From: a bacterium
GTDB lineage: Bacteria; Patescibacteriota; Andersenbacteria; UBA10190
Length of the DNA stretch: 64,000 nucleotides
Assembly: GCA_030698495.1 (NCBI GenBank)
Contig: JAUYKA010000008.1
Span: 78,895 to 142,894 of the forward strand
Reading direction: 5' to 3'
The notes under the pieces are model-generated. The model made no database searches and was not told the origin of the DNA. It saw only the letters and a program-made list of their open reading frames with translations. Position 1 is the stretch's first letter. Every line of letters begins with the position of its first letter. A program made the translations under genes and the position numbers. Of this stretch, positions 10,135 through 19,770 are shown in pieces.

Positions 10135-11574
10135 ATGAAGAAAATTATATTTATTGGATTGGCGGCAGTGATAATGCTGTTGGTGGGGGAAGTGAGGACA
10201 GCCGATGCTGCCGGTCTTAGTGATCGGGTAAATGAAGCTTATAGGAAGATCTATAGCGTTAATCCAACACCAGCGGAAAACATCTATTGGTTGGGGCGTG
10301 TTGTTAAAGGAGAGAAAAAGACGTTTGAGGCTTTAGTTGGGGCCATTGCTTACCAAAGAGCGTTAGGCAATAAGCCGGGTGTGGCGGTGACACTAAAAAC
10401 GGGTGGTAAAGTGAATGGGGTAAAAGATGATAAACAGACAATGACTGTACAGACGCTGCCTCTGTTTGTAAAAATATACGGAAACGATCCAACGAACACA
10501 GAGAAAGCCTGGTGGCGGAAGCGGATTTCCTGTGGTGAGATAACCAGCATGAAGGCACTGGAAAATTCCATGCTTTATCATAAGAGCAAGGGTGCCCGAA
10601 AAGGGTCGGACACAATTTGTGGTCAAAAAGGAAGCAGTGGTTTATCAAGCAGCGGGGTCACAAGCCGACAGGTGGCCGGCGTGTCCACGCACCCGATGGG
10701 TGATCAAGTAAGGATTGGTATTTTTAATACTAACGGGTCCGCGATAAAAGTTACGGCGGATAATAAGTTTCAAATCAGAGAAGGGGCGTCAAAAATTTTG
10801 GCGACGTTGGGAAAAGAGGATGATGTACAAGTGAGTTGGTCGGGCGGCAAGTATCATGTACGCGGCTCGGGAATCGAGCTTGATACGACTAATATAATCA
10901 GGTTGGTTCCGCTGAATCAGGGGATTATGCAAATTAAAAGCTATAATGATAAGTCCACTACGATAGCGGGCAAAAATTATAATCGGTTCCGCGGCATTAT
11001 CGAAATACGCAAATGCGATGGCTGCAATGAACTGTGGGCGATAAATGAATTACGAACGGAATATTACTTGCGTGGTTTGGCGGAGACTTCGGGCGACGGG
11101 CCGGAAGAATACATTAAAGCGCTTGGTGTAGCGGCTAGGACTTACGTTTTGTATCATAAAGTAGTGACAGGGGGAAGAAACACGGCGAAGGGGTATGATA
11201 TCGGTAGAACACCGGATGATCAAATTTATCGCGGTTATGAATATGAAATTATTACGCCGCGCATGGCCAGTATATTTAATCAGGTAAAAGGTATTATCGC
11301 GACTGATGGTGAAGGTGATACGCCGGTATCAACGGTGTATTTTTCTGATTCTGATGGGCGTACGCGCAGCGCAAAGGAAGCTTGGCAAACAAGTCGCTTT
11401 CCTCACTTACAGAAATCCGTTGAAGATCCGTATCATGTCGCTTCGAGTTGTAATGGACACTGCGTGGGTATGAGCGCGCAAGGAGCGTATGGTTTCGCGG
11501 GGAAGGCCGGTTGGACTTGGCAAAAAATCTTAAATTATTATTACAGCGGAATTAAGCTGGTAAAGGCGTACTAG
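10135..11574 (+). CDS. secreted SpoIID/LytB-domain protein (peptidoglycan lytic transglycosylase/amidase enhancer family)
   Basis: 479 aa; signal peptide (MKKIIFIGLAAVIMLLVGEVRTADA); LRTEYYLRGLAETSGDGPEEYIKALGVAARTYVLYH matches SpoIID core; SD-like GGGGAGAG upstream. Confidence 0.65.
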   Translation: MKKIIFIGLAAVIMLLVGEVRTADAAGLSDRVNEAYRKIYSVNPTPAENIYWLGRVVKGEKKTFEALVGAIAYQRALGNKPGVAVTLKTGGKVNGVKDDKQTMTVQTLPLFVKIYGNDPTNTEKAWWRKRISCGEITSMKALENSMLYHKSKGARKGSDTICGQKGSSGLSSSGVTSRQVAGVSTHPMGDQVRIGIFNTNGSAIKVTADNKFQIREGASKILATLGKEDDVQVSWSGGKYHVRGSGIELDTTNIIRLVPLNQGIMQIKSYNDKSTTIAGKNYNRFRGIIEIRKCDGCNELWAINELRTEYYLRGLAETSGDGPEEYIKALGVAARTYVLYHKVVTGGRNTAKGYDIGRTPDDQIYRGYEYEIITPRMASIFNQVKGIIATDGEGDTPVSTVYFSDSDGRTRSAKEAWQTSRFPHLQKSVEDPYHVASSCNGHCVGMSAQGAYGFAGKAGWTWQKILNYYYSGIKLVKAY

Positions 11575-11687
11575 AGCAAGGTAGGCAGGGTAAGATATAA
11601 GCAAGGTAAGTATTATGGGAAATGCCGATAGTGTTTTTGTGCTTTATGTGTTAATAGCTAAGGTTACTTATCGGGTATAATAAAGCA

Positions 11688-12818
11688 ATGAAAATATTGT
11701 TAATCGCGGAAAATTGGCCGCCAAGACAGGGCGGAATCGAGAGGTACTTGAGTAATCTGGCCACCTGTTTGGGGCAAGATAATGACGTGACGGTTATCGC
11801 GCCGCATAGTGTTGGCGAGGAAAGTAGTTCGGTAAAAGTAATTACGAAAAGATTTTTTTGGCCGATAATAAAGCCGGCTTGGCTGCCGCTATGCATTGGT
11901 GTTTATCGCCTGGCAAAGAAAGAAAGATTTGATGTGGTTTTATGCGGGAAGGCTTTGTTTGAGGGGCAAATAGCTCGCTACTTAAAACGATATTTTCAGA
12001 TACCGTTTGTAGTTTTTACTTATGGCATGGAAATTAAGACTTGGCAGAGTCAGAGGCGAAACAGAAGAAAGTTGATGACCGTATTGCGGGCTGTTGATAT
12101 AGCGGCCTATATAAATAATGAAACAAAAGATGATTTATCCAGTTTAGGAGTAGCGGATAGCAAATTAATGAAATTGACACCGGCAGTTGGTGAGGAGTTT
12201 TTGAGATCCGTGCCGGAAAACAAGGTTGTCGGGGTGTTGGAAAAAACCAATGTGGCCAAGCCGTATGTTTTATCCGTAGGCCGGTTGGTGAAGCGTAAGG
12301 GATTTGATCAATTGATTGAAGCGTTCGCACAAGTTGAACAAACAAGATATGGCGACTGGAGCTTGGTTGTTGTCGGGGACGGACCGGAAAAAACTGATCT
12401 TGCAAACATGGCGGAAAAAAATCTGATCGGTAAAAGAGTAATCTTTACCGGCGCGATTGATGATATGTATCTGCGTTTGTTGTACGGCCAGGCGGGTTTT
12501 TTCGCGCTGACGCCTAAAAATTTGCCGAACGACATCGAGGGATTCGGTATTGTTTATCTGGAAGCGGCGGCTTGCGGCTTAGCTGTATTGGCAACTAAAA
12601 CCGGCGGTGTCACGGAGGCAGTAGTTGACGGCGAAACGGGAATACTGGTTGGGCGGGATAATATTAAGGCAATAACTGTGGGGCTGGAGAGATTAATGTT
12701 GGACGCGCAGAAGAGAAGTTGTTTGGGTGAAAACGGGAAACGGCGGGTCGAAAATGATTTCCGCTGGAGTCAGAGAGCGAGTCAATTAGTCGAAGAGATA
12801 CAAAAACGTCTAGGTTAA
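11688..12818 (+). CDS. glycosyltransferase family 4
   Basis: 376 aa; EGFGIVYLEAAACGLAVLATKTGG motif. Confidence 0.7.
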   Translation: MKILLIAENWPPRQGGIERYLSNLATCLGQDNDVTVIAPHSVGEESSSVKVITKRFFWPIIKPAWLPLCIGVYRLAKKERFDVVLCGKALFEGQIARYLKRYFQIPFVVFTYGMEIKTWQSQRRNRRKLMTVLRAVDIAAYINNETKDDLSSLGVADSKLMKLTPAVGEEFLRSVPENKVVGVLEKTNVAKPYVLSVGRLVKRKGFDQLIEAFAQVEQTRYGDWSLVVVGDGPEKTDLANMAEKNLIGKRVIFTGAIDDMYLRLLYGQAGFFALTPKNLPNDIEGFGIVYLEAAACGLAVLATKTGGVTEAVVDGETGILVGRDNIKAITVGLERLMLDAQKRSCLGENGKRRVENDFRWSQRASQLVEEIQKRLG

Positions 12819-12822
12819 CGAT

Positions 12823-15453
12823 ATGAATTTGGCAAAAATACAAGCACTGTCATTAGGCACCAAGGCGGTAACAACAGCACTCGGCATTATCCAAAGCGTA
12901 ATAGTGGTGCGGATATTGTCGCCGGCAGAATACGGTTTAGTTGGCTTGGTTATGTCGGTTGGCGGAGTGATAGGAGTAACGCAGCATTTGGGAATTGTGG
13001 ACGGAGCAATTAGAGAAATCGCCGTGTTAAAAAATAAGCGGGAAGCGGCAGCGGTGTTTTGGGTGTCGCACCTTGTACGTCAAGCGGTAACGATTCCTTT
13101 ATCAATCGGATTGATATTGCTGGCGGGGTTTGTAGCTGGCTCTATTTATCATCGGCCGGAAATTGCTTTGCTGATCCAGATATATGCCGCCGTATTGATA
13201 CTGCAGGGTTTACAGGACGTGATGGGCGCGACGCTGACGGGGTTAAAGCGTTTTGTATCGTTATATGTAGTGCAAATTGTAACGGCTGCGATTAATGTCG
13301 CGGTATTCGGCTATGCCACGTGGCGTTTTGGAACGGTTGGTTTTTTCTGGGCGATAGTGATAACGACAACGATAATGATTATTTTACTGACAATCATAGT
13401 CGCACGCAGCTTGAGAGGAGAGTTACGCTGGCCAGGGATAGTGCAAATAAACAAATATTCGCGACGGGTAATGCGGGTCGGAGCATATATGTATTTGGCC
13501 AGAATATTCTTTGTTATTTGGCAGCGTTTGCCGTTGCTGCTTTTAGGGGGAGTCCTGACGGCTGACAGTTTAGGATATTTGAACGTATCACTGACATTCG
13601 GGTCGAAACTGACTATTATTGCGATGGCATTATCGGAAGTTAACTTGTCGTGGATGAGTTCACTGTACGCTCAGCGGCAAAACGAATTTAGGCGCGTAGT
13701 TACGCGAAATATGCACCGCGTATTGCTACTGATGATGTTGTTAACACTGGTGTTGTTATACTTTGCTCCGGAAATTCTACAGTATGTTATCGGGGCCGAG
13801 TATTTGCCGGCACGACAAATCATATTAATCGTCACGGCCGCTTTTTTCCTGTACGCGTTGACGGATATAGGCACCAGCAGTGTCTTTGTGTCGGCGGATG
13901 AACCGCGCCTGCGGGCGATTATTTATGGGGCCATGACGACCGTAACGGCGGTGACGGTGGGATGGATTTTATGGCAGCGACCAGACGCATTTTGGGCATC
14001 GGGCGGAGTTTTAGGTGGTGCGGTGGTTGCTTATCTGATAACTGTTATCTTCACAAAAAAACATTTTGGCATCGCTTTGGTAACGGGGCAGTTGGGATTA
14101 TTGCTGGCAGCGTTGGGTTTGAGCGTGGGGTGGCTGCTGACGGAGCCGTTATTATTAGTGCGAACAGCCGTGTTTATTTTACTAACAGCATATGTAATTT
14201 ATGAAGCTAACCGCAGTAATTTGTTGCCAGGTTTTTTGAAAGTAAACAGACGCCAACAAGACGAGACCGGTGTTAAAATTATTTGTTTTGCCGGGGCGGT
14301 ATATAATCAGTTTTCCTGGACTAACCGACAGCAAATTATGACACGTTTAGCGCAGAAGTACCCGGTTTTTTACGTGGAGCCCCGGGTGTGGGTTCTGCGA
14401 TATGTCATCAGAAACTGGCGAAAACCACTGGTAATACTTGGTTTTTTCCAGCGCGTACTGGCCTATAAAAAAATTAACGATAATTTCTACGTAAAGGCAC
14501 AGTGGAATTTGATTCCGGGATCCAGAGAATTACGCTGGGTGGGACAGTTAAACTATTGGCTTAATAAGTTTTCCGTACTAGCTAAAGCCAAGTGGCTTGG
14601 TTTTAGGTCCGGTAAGCAAGTGATGTGGATATATGATACGGAAGCGGCGGAGTATGTGTCGTCTTTTAAAAAGGCACTGGTAGTCTATGATTGCGTTGAT
14701 GACCACGCGGCGCAGGCGGGGCCGGATCGTAATGAAGCGCGCGTAAAAGAGGAGGAAGCAATGATTTTAAAGAGAGCTGATTTAGTAACGGTAACCTCCC
14801 AAAAATTATTTCAAGAAAAGCGACGGTATAACGCTAATACGCACTTGGTTCTAAACGCCGGGGATACAAAACTATACGCTCAAGCAGAGCAAGACAAGAA
14901 GAAGGTTCCGAGCCTGGAAAGAATAGCGCACCCGATTATCGGTTCGGTGGGAGCACTGGACTCCTATAAATTGGATTTGAACTTGATTCGCAGCGCGGCC
15001 GAATTGCGTCCCGAGTGGCAGTTCGTTTTTGTGGGTGAGCCGATTGTCGACGGGAACAGGGCGCCGATAGTCGAGTTGGCCAAGAGACCGAATGTTCATT
15101 TGCTGGGAGGCGTTGACAGAAAAGACGTGCCGCGGTATGTCTCTTATTTTGACGTATGCGCCATTCCTTATCAGTCCAGCAGCTATAATAACGCCAGTTT
15201 TCCGCTAAAGTTCTGGGAATTTATGGCAACGGGCAAGCCGGTGGTTGTAACTGGCCTGCCGGAGTTAAAAAGATATGCCGATTTAATTGATTACGCGATA
15301 AGTGCCAATGATTTTATTGAGCTGATTGCCAAGAGTTTGGATAGCGATAATAGTCTCGGCAGGCAACGCCTGCAACTGGCGGAGAAACATTCGTGGGAGG
15401 CACGAGTTGCCGAGCTCGACATGTTGTTGCAAGATGTTGTTAGTCGCAAATAA
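12823..15453 (+). CDS. fusion protein: N-terminal Wzx-like MOP flippase (about 470 aa, >=12 TM) + C-terminal GT4-like glycosyltransferase (about 400 aa)
   Basis: Single uninterrupted 876-aa ORF; N-part EYGLVGLVMSVGGVIGVTQHLGIVDGAIREIA (Wzx signature region); C-part ...VYDCVDDH..., PLKFWEFMATGKPVV (GT-B E-x7-E-like region). Confidence 0.6.
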   Translation: MNLAKIQALSLGTKAVTTALGIIQSVIVVRILSPAEYGLVGLVMSVGGVIGVTQHLGIVDGAIREIAVLKNKREAAAVFWVSHLVRQAVTIPLSIGLILLAGFVAGSIYHRPEIALLIQIYAAVLILQGLQDVMGATLTGLKRFVSLYVVQIVTAAINVAVFGYATWRFGTVGFFWAIVITTTIMIILLTIIVARSLRGELRWPGIVQINKYSRRVMRVGAYMYLARIFFVIWQRLPLLLLGGVLTADSLGYLNVSLTFGSKLTIIAMALSEVNLSWMSSLYAQRQNEFRRVVTRNMHRVLLLMMLLTLVLLYFAPEILQYVIGAEYLPARQIILIVTAAFFLYALTDIGTSSVFVSADEPRLRAIIYGAMTTVTAVTVGWILWQRPDAFWASGGVLGGAVVAYLITVIFTKKHFGIALVTGQLGLLLAALGLSVGWLLTEPLLLVRTAVFILLTAYVIYEANRSNLLPGFLKVNRRQQDETGVKIICFAGAVYNQFSWTNRQQIMTRLAQKYPVFYVEPRVWVLRYVIRNWRKPLVILGFFQRVLAYKKINDNFYVKAQWNLIPGSRELRWVGQLNYWLNKFSVLAKAKWLGFRSGKQVMWIYDTEAAEYVSSFKKALVVYDCVDDHAAQAGPDRNEARVKEEEAMILKRADLVTVTSQKLFQEKRRYNANTHLVLNAGDTKLYAQAEQDKKKVPSLERIAHPIIGSVGALDSYKLDLNLIRSAAELRPEWQFVFVGEPIVDGNRAPIVELAKRPNVHLLGGVDRKDVPRYVSYFDVCAIPYQSSSYNNASFPLKFWEFMATGKPVVVTGLPELKRYADLIDYAISANDFIELIAKSLDSDNSLGRQRLQLAEKHSWEARVAELDMLLQDVVSRK

Positions 15454-15471
15454 CGAGTAATATTTCGTCTT

Positions 15472-15813
15472 ATGGGAATTCAAGTGGAATATAATCCCGA
15501 TCTGGCTTTGCGCGATTATAGTGAATATACGGCGGGGCGCCGCCAACGGGAAGAGTGTGTGCCGATAAAATTAGCGCGCGGCAAGAAGTATATTTTTTTA
15601 AAAAGGGGGCAGAGAAATTATTATCTGGACGGCGAACAGCCTTTACTGATTACGAAGGGGAATCAAATTCTATCAAAACCGATCGCCAGTATAGTTATTT
15701 TGGAAGCGACACACTTTAAACTGAAGGGGGAAACTTATACGAAGGGGGTTTATGCGGTTAAGCAGGTGTTCAATGACGGGAAGATTCATTTTGACGGGTT
15801 CGCGAAGGTATGA
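15472..15813 (+). CDS. hypothetical protein (113 aa)
   Basis: ORF between two GT genes, 4-nt overlap with downstream gene start (operon-like); no recognisable domain. Confidence 0.4.
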   Translation: MGIQVEYNPDLALRDYSEYTAGRRQREECVPIKLARGKKYIFLKRGQRNYYLDGEQPLLITKGNQILSKPIASIVILEATHFKLKGETYTKGVYAVKQVFNDGKIHFDGFAKV

Positions 15814-16910
15814 AGATAAGTTTTGACGTATCAGATTTGGGTACAAACAGAGCGGACGGTACGACTCGATATACCACCGAGTTGGCGCGTCGCTTACCGC
15901 TACTAGGAGGTGAGGATGGGTGGGTTTATCACGCGGCCAGCAACTTTGAATTAGGAGGCGAGTTAAGCAGGGTGACCAAGTCGGTGACGCCTTGGCCAAA
16001 GTATTGGACGCAATTGCGCTTGCCATTTGATTTGTATAAATACAAGCCAGATGTTTTGTTTATGCCTATTCAACAGCTGCCGTATGTCCGTCCAAGAAGC
16101 ATGAAGACGGTGGCGGTAATCCATGATTTGGCGGTTCATAAATATCCGGAACAGTTTACTTATAAGAACTGGGCGCTGCTGCATGTTTTTAGCGCCTATG
16201 TCGCCCGAGAGGCGGATGAGATAATCGCGGTGTCGCAAACCACGGCGGATGATATTGCTAGTTATTACGGGAGGACTAAGAATGTGCACGTAATTTATCA
16301 CGGGGTTGATTATGATAAGTTTTATGTTCCGGATGAATATGCGTTGGAGCAATCAAGAAAGTTTTTATCCGCCAACGATGCCAGTTTTAATAATCCTTAC
16401 CTGCTCTACGTGGGACAGATGCAGCCAAGAAAGAATCTAGTGCGATTAGTAGAAGCGTTTGAACAACTAGTGGAAGACTTACCTGATTATAATTTAGTAA
16501 TTGCCGGCGGGCATGGGTGGCTGCAAAAACCCATTCTGGAACGGATAAAAAACAGCCAGGTCAGGGGTAGGATAATTTTGCCTGGTGCGGTTGACGATGA
16601 GATGCTGCGAGCTTTGTATTGGAATGCACGAGTGTTTGTTTTACCGAGTTTGTATGAAGGCTTCGGTTTGCCGGTGTTGGAAGCTTTCGCCAGCGGTTGT
16701 CCGGTGGTGACAGCAAATGTTTCATCATTGCCGGAAGTGGCGGGCGATGCGGCGGTGTTGGTGGAACCGAAAGATGTGGCATCAATAGCGGCCGGCATCA
16801 GACAAGCACTGGAGAATCGGGAGGAATTAATAAGAAAAGGAATAGTACAGGCAAAAAAATTCACGTGGGACAAATGCGCGCAGGAGACGGGCACAGTTAT
16901 TACTAAATAG
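15810..16910 (+). CDS. glycosyltransferase family 4
   Basis: 366 aa; EGFGLPVLEAFASGCPVV motif. Confidence 0.75.
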   Translation: MKISFDVSDLGTNRADGTTRYTTELARRLPLLGGEDGWVYHAASNFELGGELSRVTKSVTPWPKYWTQLRLPFDLYKYKPDVLFMPIQQLPYVRPRSMKTVAVIHDLAVHKYPEQFTYKNWALLHVFSAYVAREADEIIAVSQTTADDIASYYGRTKNVHVIYHGVDYDKFYVPDEYALEQSRKFLSANDASFNNPYLLYVGQMQPRKNLVRLVEAFEQLVEDLPDYNLVIAGGHGWLQKPILERIKNSQVRGRIILPGAVDDEMLRALYWNARVFVLPSLYEGFGLPVLEAFASGCPVVTANVSSLPEVAGDAAVLVEPKDVASIAAGIRQALENREELIRKGIVQAKKFTWDKCAQETGTVITK

Positions 16911-16986
16911 TTTTTAAAAGAAGCAAACCCGTTTGGTAGCGGGTATAAAGACGGTGAGAAAGAAATTAAGTAGCGGGATAGTCAGT

Positions 16987-17124
16987 TTAATACTTTATAT
17001 CTTTGTACTTGTCTTTTTTGTAAGTGGCGATGCGTTTGATGGCCAGCACTATAACGGTAATAACAAAGAAAATTAAAACGGCCGCTTCAAGGCCGATTAG
17101 CGCCGCCACAAGAAAGCCGGCCAT
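16987..17124 (-). CDS. small single-TM peptide (about 45 aa)
   Basis: Internal Met of 77-aa ORF lies 5 nt after YbjQ stop; MAGFLVAALIGLEAAVLIFFVITVIVLAIKRIATYKKDKYKDIKY is one TM helix + Lys-rich tail. Confidence 0.3.
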   Translation of the reverse strand: MAGFLVAALIGLEAAVLIFFVITVIVLAIKRIATYKKDKYKDIKY

Positions 17125-17128
17125 GGGT

Positions 17129-17461
17129 TTATTCCAAAATAACGGCCGTGCCAAAGGCCAGAATTTCCGACACGCCTTGACTAACAGCGGATGAAGTGAA
17201 GCGAACACCGACAATAGCATTGGCGCCCATTTGGACGGCTTCGGCGGTCATACGATCAAGTGCTTGTTGGCGAGACTCGCCGATCAGTTTAGTGTATTCA
17301 CTAACTTCTCCCCCGACAACGTTTTTGGCCAGAGCAATAATATCTCGTCCTACGTTGCGGGCGCGGGCGGTGGAGCCTTTAACCAAGCCTAGAGTTTGTT
17401 TAATGTTGCGGCCGGGGACGTCGTCCGTGGTAGTTATAATCATGATTATAGTGTATCGCAA
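17129..17461 (-). CDS. YbjQ/UPF0145 (DUF74) family protein
   Basis: 110 aa; ...GANAIVGVRF... and overall glycine/hydrophobic pattern typical of YbjQ heavy-metal-binding-like domain. Confidence 0.6.
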   Translation of the reverse strand: MRYTIIMIITTTDDVPGRNIKQTLGLVKGSTARARNVGRDIIALAKNVVGGEVSEYTKLIGESRQQALDRMTAEAVQMGANAIVGVRFTSSAVSQGVSEILAFGTAVILE

Positions 17462-17570
17462 AATTGTCTTGTTGACTAGATAATTTATAAAGTTATACGC
17501 TGTTTGGGTGTTGTTTGGGGTTGTTTTTTTGACAATTTACATGTGTTCCCCAGTTCAAGAAGGAGCTGAT

Positions 17571-18479
17571 ATGGGTACAACGGGAGTGAATACAGCAGAT
17601 AACACTGTTGATCAGTTGGTTTTTGAGTCAGGTTCAGTTGGGGACGTGGCCGTCCATAACCTATTAATGGGCGGTCCGGGAGGCATACCTTTGTATCAGG
17701 GCACTCTGCCGTTGACGCTGTATCTGAAGCAGTTGGCGTCGCTATATGCGGGACAGGAAGAATTCAATACTGGCCTGGTGCCGTGTGGGATGAATGTTCG
17801 GGCAACGTATCAACGTTACGGAATGACTGTTTTTCTGGTTGAAGTTGCCCCCAGTACCAGAACGCTCAAGTGGATAAGGGATGATTCCCCTGCGCCGTAC
17901 GGTAATGAAGCAACTTACTGTGATGCTTGTATTTCTTTGCCGTACCAATATTTCTTTGTGACGATTGATAATATGACGATTGATAACTCGCCGAGGCTGA
18001 CTAGCCATAACAGTGTTTACTTTGCTAATCAGCCTATCACCAGTTTGGATGAGCCGTTGGGGGAGTGTCATTTTCACAACTGTTCCGTGAACGCCTATAG
18101 TTTGCATTGTTGGATTTGCACTCAGTGGTTATCCGGAGATATGGGGCTAGGCAAAAACCCTGCACCTATGCAGTTGGTGGCTGCGTTCATTGAGTGGTTC
18201 TACGCTTCTGGCTTCAATCGCAGCTCTGATTTTCACGAAGGAACCAGTTTCTGGAGCCGGAACAGACAGGAGCTGGGCGATAAGCGTTTGGAGAATATTG
18301 CCGCCTGGAAAAGGGCGTCATCTAGAAATCCTGGGTTTGTGCTGCGGGTGAAGTGGCGTCCTAGCTTAACGGCAAGGGAAGTACTTGAGGAGCTGACCAG
18401 AATACCGGACCGCCGCCCGTCGGGATTACTTGATTTGGTTAATATTTACCGCGCAGCGACGTCTAGGCGGGGAGGATAG
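17571..18479 (+). CDS. uncharacterised Cys/His-rich protein; possible UBC-like (E2-like) fold; ends in ...RRGG
   Basis: Start chosen at ATG preceded by AAGGAG (track ORF starts 17508). Segment YFFVTIDN...SHNSVYFAN...ECHFHNCSVNAYSLHCWICTQWLS...PMQLVAAFIEWF resembles the UBC HPN-loop/catalytic-Cys/helix arrangement; first gene of operon with E1-like gene. Confidence 0.3.
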   Translation: MGTTGVNTADNTVDQLVFESGSVGDVAVHNLLMGGPGGIPLYQGTLPLTLYLKQLASLYAGQEEFNTGLVPCGMNVRATYQRYGMTVFLVEVAPSTRTLKWIRDDSPAPYGNEATYCDACISLPYQYFFVTIDNMTIDNSPRLTSHNSVYFANQPITSLDEPLGECHFHNCSVNAYSLHCWICTQWLSGDMGLGKNPAPMQLVAAFIEWFYASGFNRSSDFHEGTSFWSRNRQELGDKRLENIAAWKRASSRNPGFVLRVKWRPSLTAREVLEELTRIPDRRPSGLLDLVNIYRAATSRRGG

Positions 18480-18540
18480 GAACGTTGTTTATTCAGGTTA
18501 GTGGTTGTGTCATCCACTATTAACAGTTGGAGGTAAGCTG

Positions 18541-19353
18541 ATGTTTCAGGAAAGAAACGACGACTGGCTACAGGGGGTGTTGCCGGCGGAAGCGCCGCTC
18601 GTTGGCGTTGGTTTGGGTGGAATTTGCGAAGGTTGGTTGCCTAACGTATTGCTGTACATGCAGGCGGGTGTTTTGCCGCTAAAACGTGTCATCCTTGTTG
18701 ATGGCAAGAAGTTTTCTGCCCATAATCATGGCCGCCAGAACTTTCGGAATGAGGCTAATAAGGCCGAGGAGAGAAAAGTGATGTGGGGCGCTATGTACCC
18801 CACTCTGCCGATATATGCGGTTGGCCAGTTTGTGGATGAGCACAACATTGCGCAGTTTATTCCCGAGGGCACAGTGGTGTTGCTGTCTCCAGACAATCAT
18901 CCGACACGAGCATTGTTCGCCAGGCATGTCAGCACGCTGAATAACGCTCTGTTGATTTGCGGCGGTAACGATGGTATTAATAAGGAAGGAGGGGAGGATG
19001 GTACCCAGGGTTGGGCAGCGATTTACTGCCGAAGGGCAGGAATGAACGTAACTGCACCACTAACGACGTATCATCCGGAAATCGCGGAAGCGTCTGAAAA
19101 AATGCCGTCAGTAATGAGCTGTATGGAATTGGCGCAAGCCGGACAGCCACAGCTGCTGGCAACAAATCTGCACGTTGGACAAATAATGGCATATCTGTTG
19201 CATCGTTATCTGACCATGCCTTTAGGGCAAGCGTTGGAAGTGGTGGAGCAGAGATGCAATATTGCCACAGGGGAAGTCGTTCGGTTTGGTATCCGCGAGC
19301 GTTTCGCGGATACGGTGTTTTGTCTGGGTCACGAGAAAGGAGAACCATCATGA
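18541..19353 (+). CDS. E1-like ThiF/MoeB-family adenylyltransferase (non-canonical, no CxxC zinc motifs, no rhodanese)
   Basis: Start at ATG after GGAGG. GVGLGGICEGWLPNVLLYMQAGVLPLKRVILVDGKKFSAHNHGRQNF matches the E1 nucleotide-binding loop and the D-x8-N-x2-RQ adenylation motif; LSPDNHPTRALFARHVSTLNNALLICGG matches the downstream E1 block. Confidence 0.6.
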   Translation: MFQERNDDWLQGVLPAEAPLVGVGLGGICEGWLPNVLLYMQAGVLPLKRVILVDGKKFSAHNHGRQNFRNEANKAEERKVMWGAMYPTLPIYAVGQFVDEHNIAQFIPEGTVVLLSPDNHPTRALFARHVSTLNNALLICGGNDGINKEGGEDGTQGWAAIYCRRAGMNVTAPLTTYHPEIAEASEKMPSVMSCMELAQAGQPQLLATNLHVGQIMAYLLHRYLTMPLGQALEVVEQRCNIATGEVVRFGIRERFADTVFCLGHEKGEPS

Positions 19354-19688
19354 CCAAGACACTGGCAAGCGGTGCGGTGCTGTTGAGAACGCGGCGCATC
19401 GAACGTGTGCGCCCGGGCGAAGACCACACACTCGTCGTGAAGCACGGCGGATCGAGTGCCTGCCTGCGCTTCAACGAGGCGGTCTCCGTTACGGACCTGG
19501 CCAGCTACTGCACGGGACAGCTCGGCTGGTCAGTGGAGGGCATGGCCTTCGTGGTTGACGGTCAGCGCTACGAAGCGAGCCAGGCAGACGGGATCAGGGT
19601 GGATGCCAGTACCAACAAGGTTGAGTTGGGACATCCGGTGGTGCCGAGCAACCTCGAGTTCGTGCGCAAGGTCGGCGCCAAGGGGTAG
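19350..19688 (+). CDS. small protein (112 aa), GC3-rich foreign codon usage, C-terminal Gly; candidate beta-grasp/ubiquitin-like partner of the E1-like protein
   Basis: ATGA overlap with E1-like gene; about 63% GC versus about 50% surroundings; pattern ...FVVDGQRY...DGIRVDASTNKVELGHPVV loosely ThiS/MoaD-like; ends ...VGAKG. Confidence 0.35.
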   Translation: MTKTLASGAVLLRTRRIERVRPGEDHTLVVKHGGSSACLRFNEAVSVTDLASYCTGQLGWSVEGMAFVVDGQRYEASQADGIRVDASTNKVELGHPVVPSNLEFVRKVGAKG

Positions 19689-19735
19689 TAAGCTCTGCCC
19701 TGCCGTTCTTTACAGGCTTGCAAGGCAAGCAAATT

Positions 19736-19770
19736 AACCGTTGGACACCCGTTCCAACGGTTTTTCTTTT
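19736..19770 (+). terminator. rho-independent terminator of the 17.5-19.7 kb operon
   Basis: AACCGTTGGA-cacccgt-TCCAACGGTT stem-loop followed by TTTTTCTTTT. Confidence 0.7.

Noticed and set aside
19254-19737. Three overlapping ORFs in different frames (19254-19688, 19262-19558, 19456-19737)
   Set aside because: They are an artefact of the locally high GC (few stop codons). Only the frame starting at ATG 19350 (ATGA overlap with the E1-like gene, ending 19688) is kept. The upstream part of 19254-19688 overlaps the E1-like gene's 3' end.
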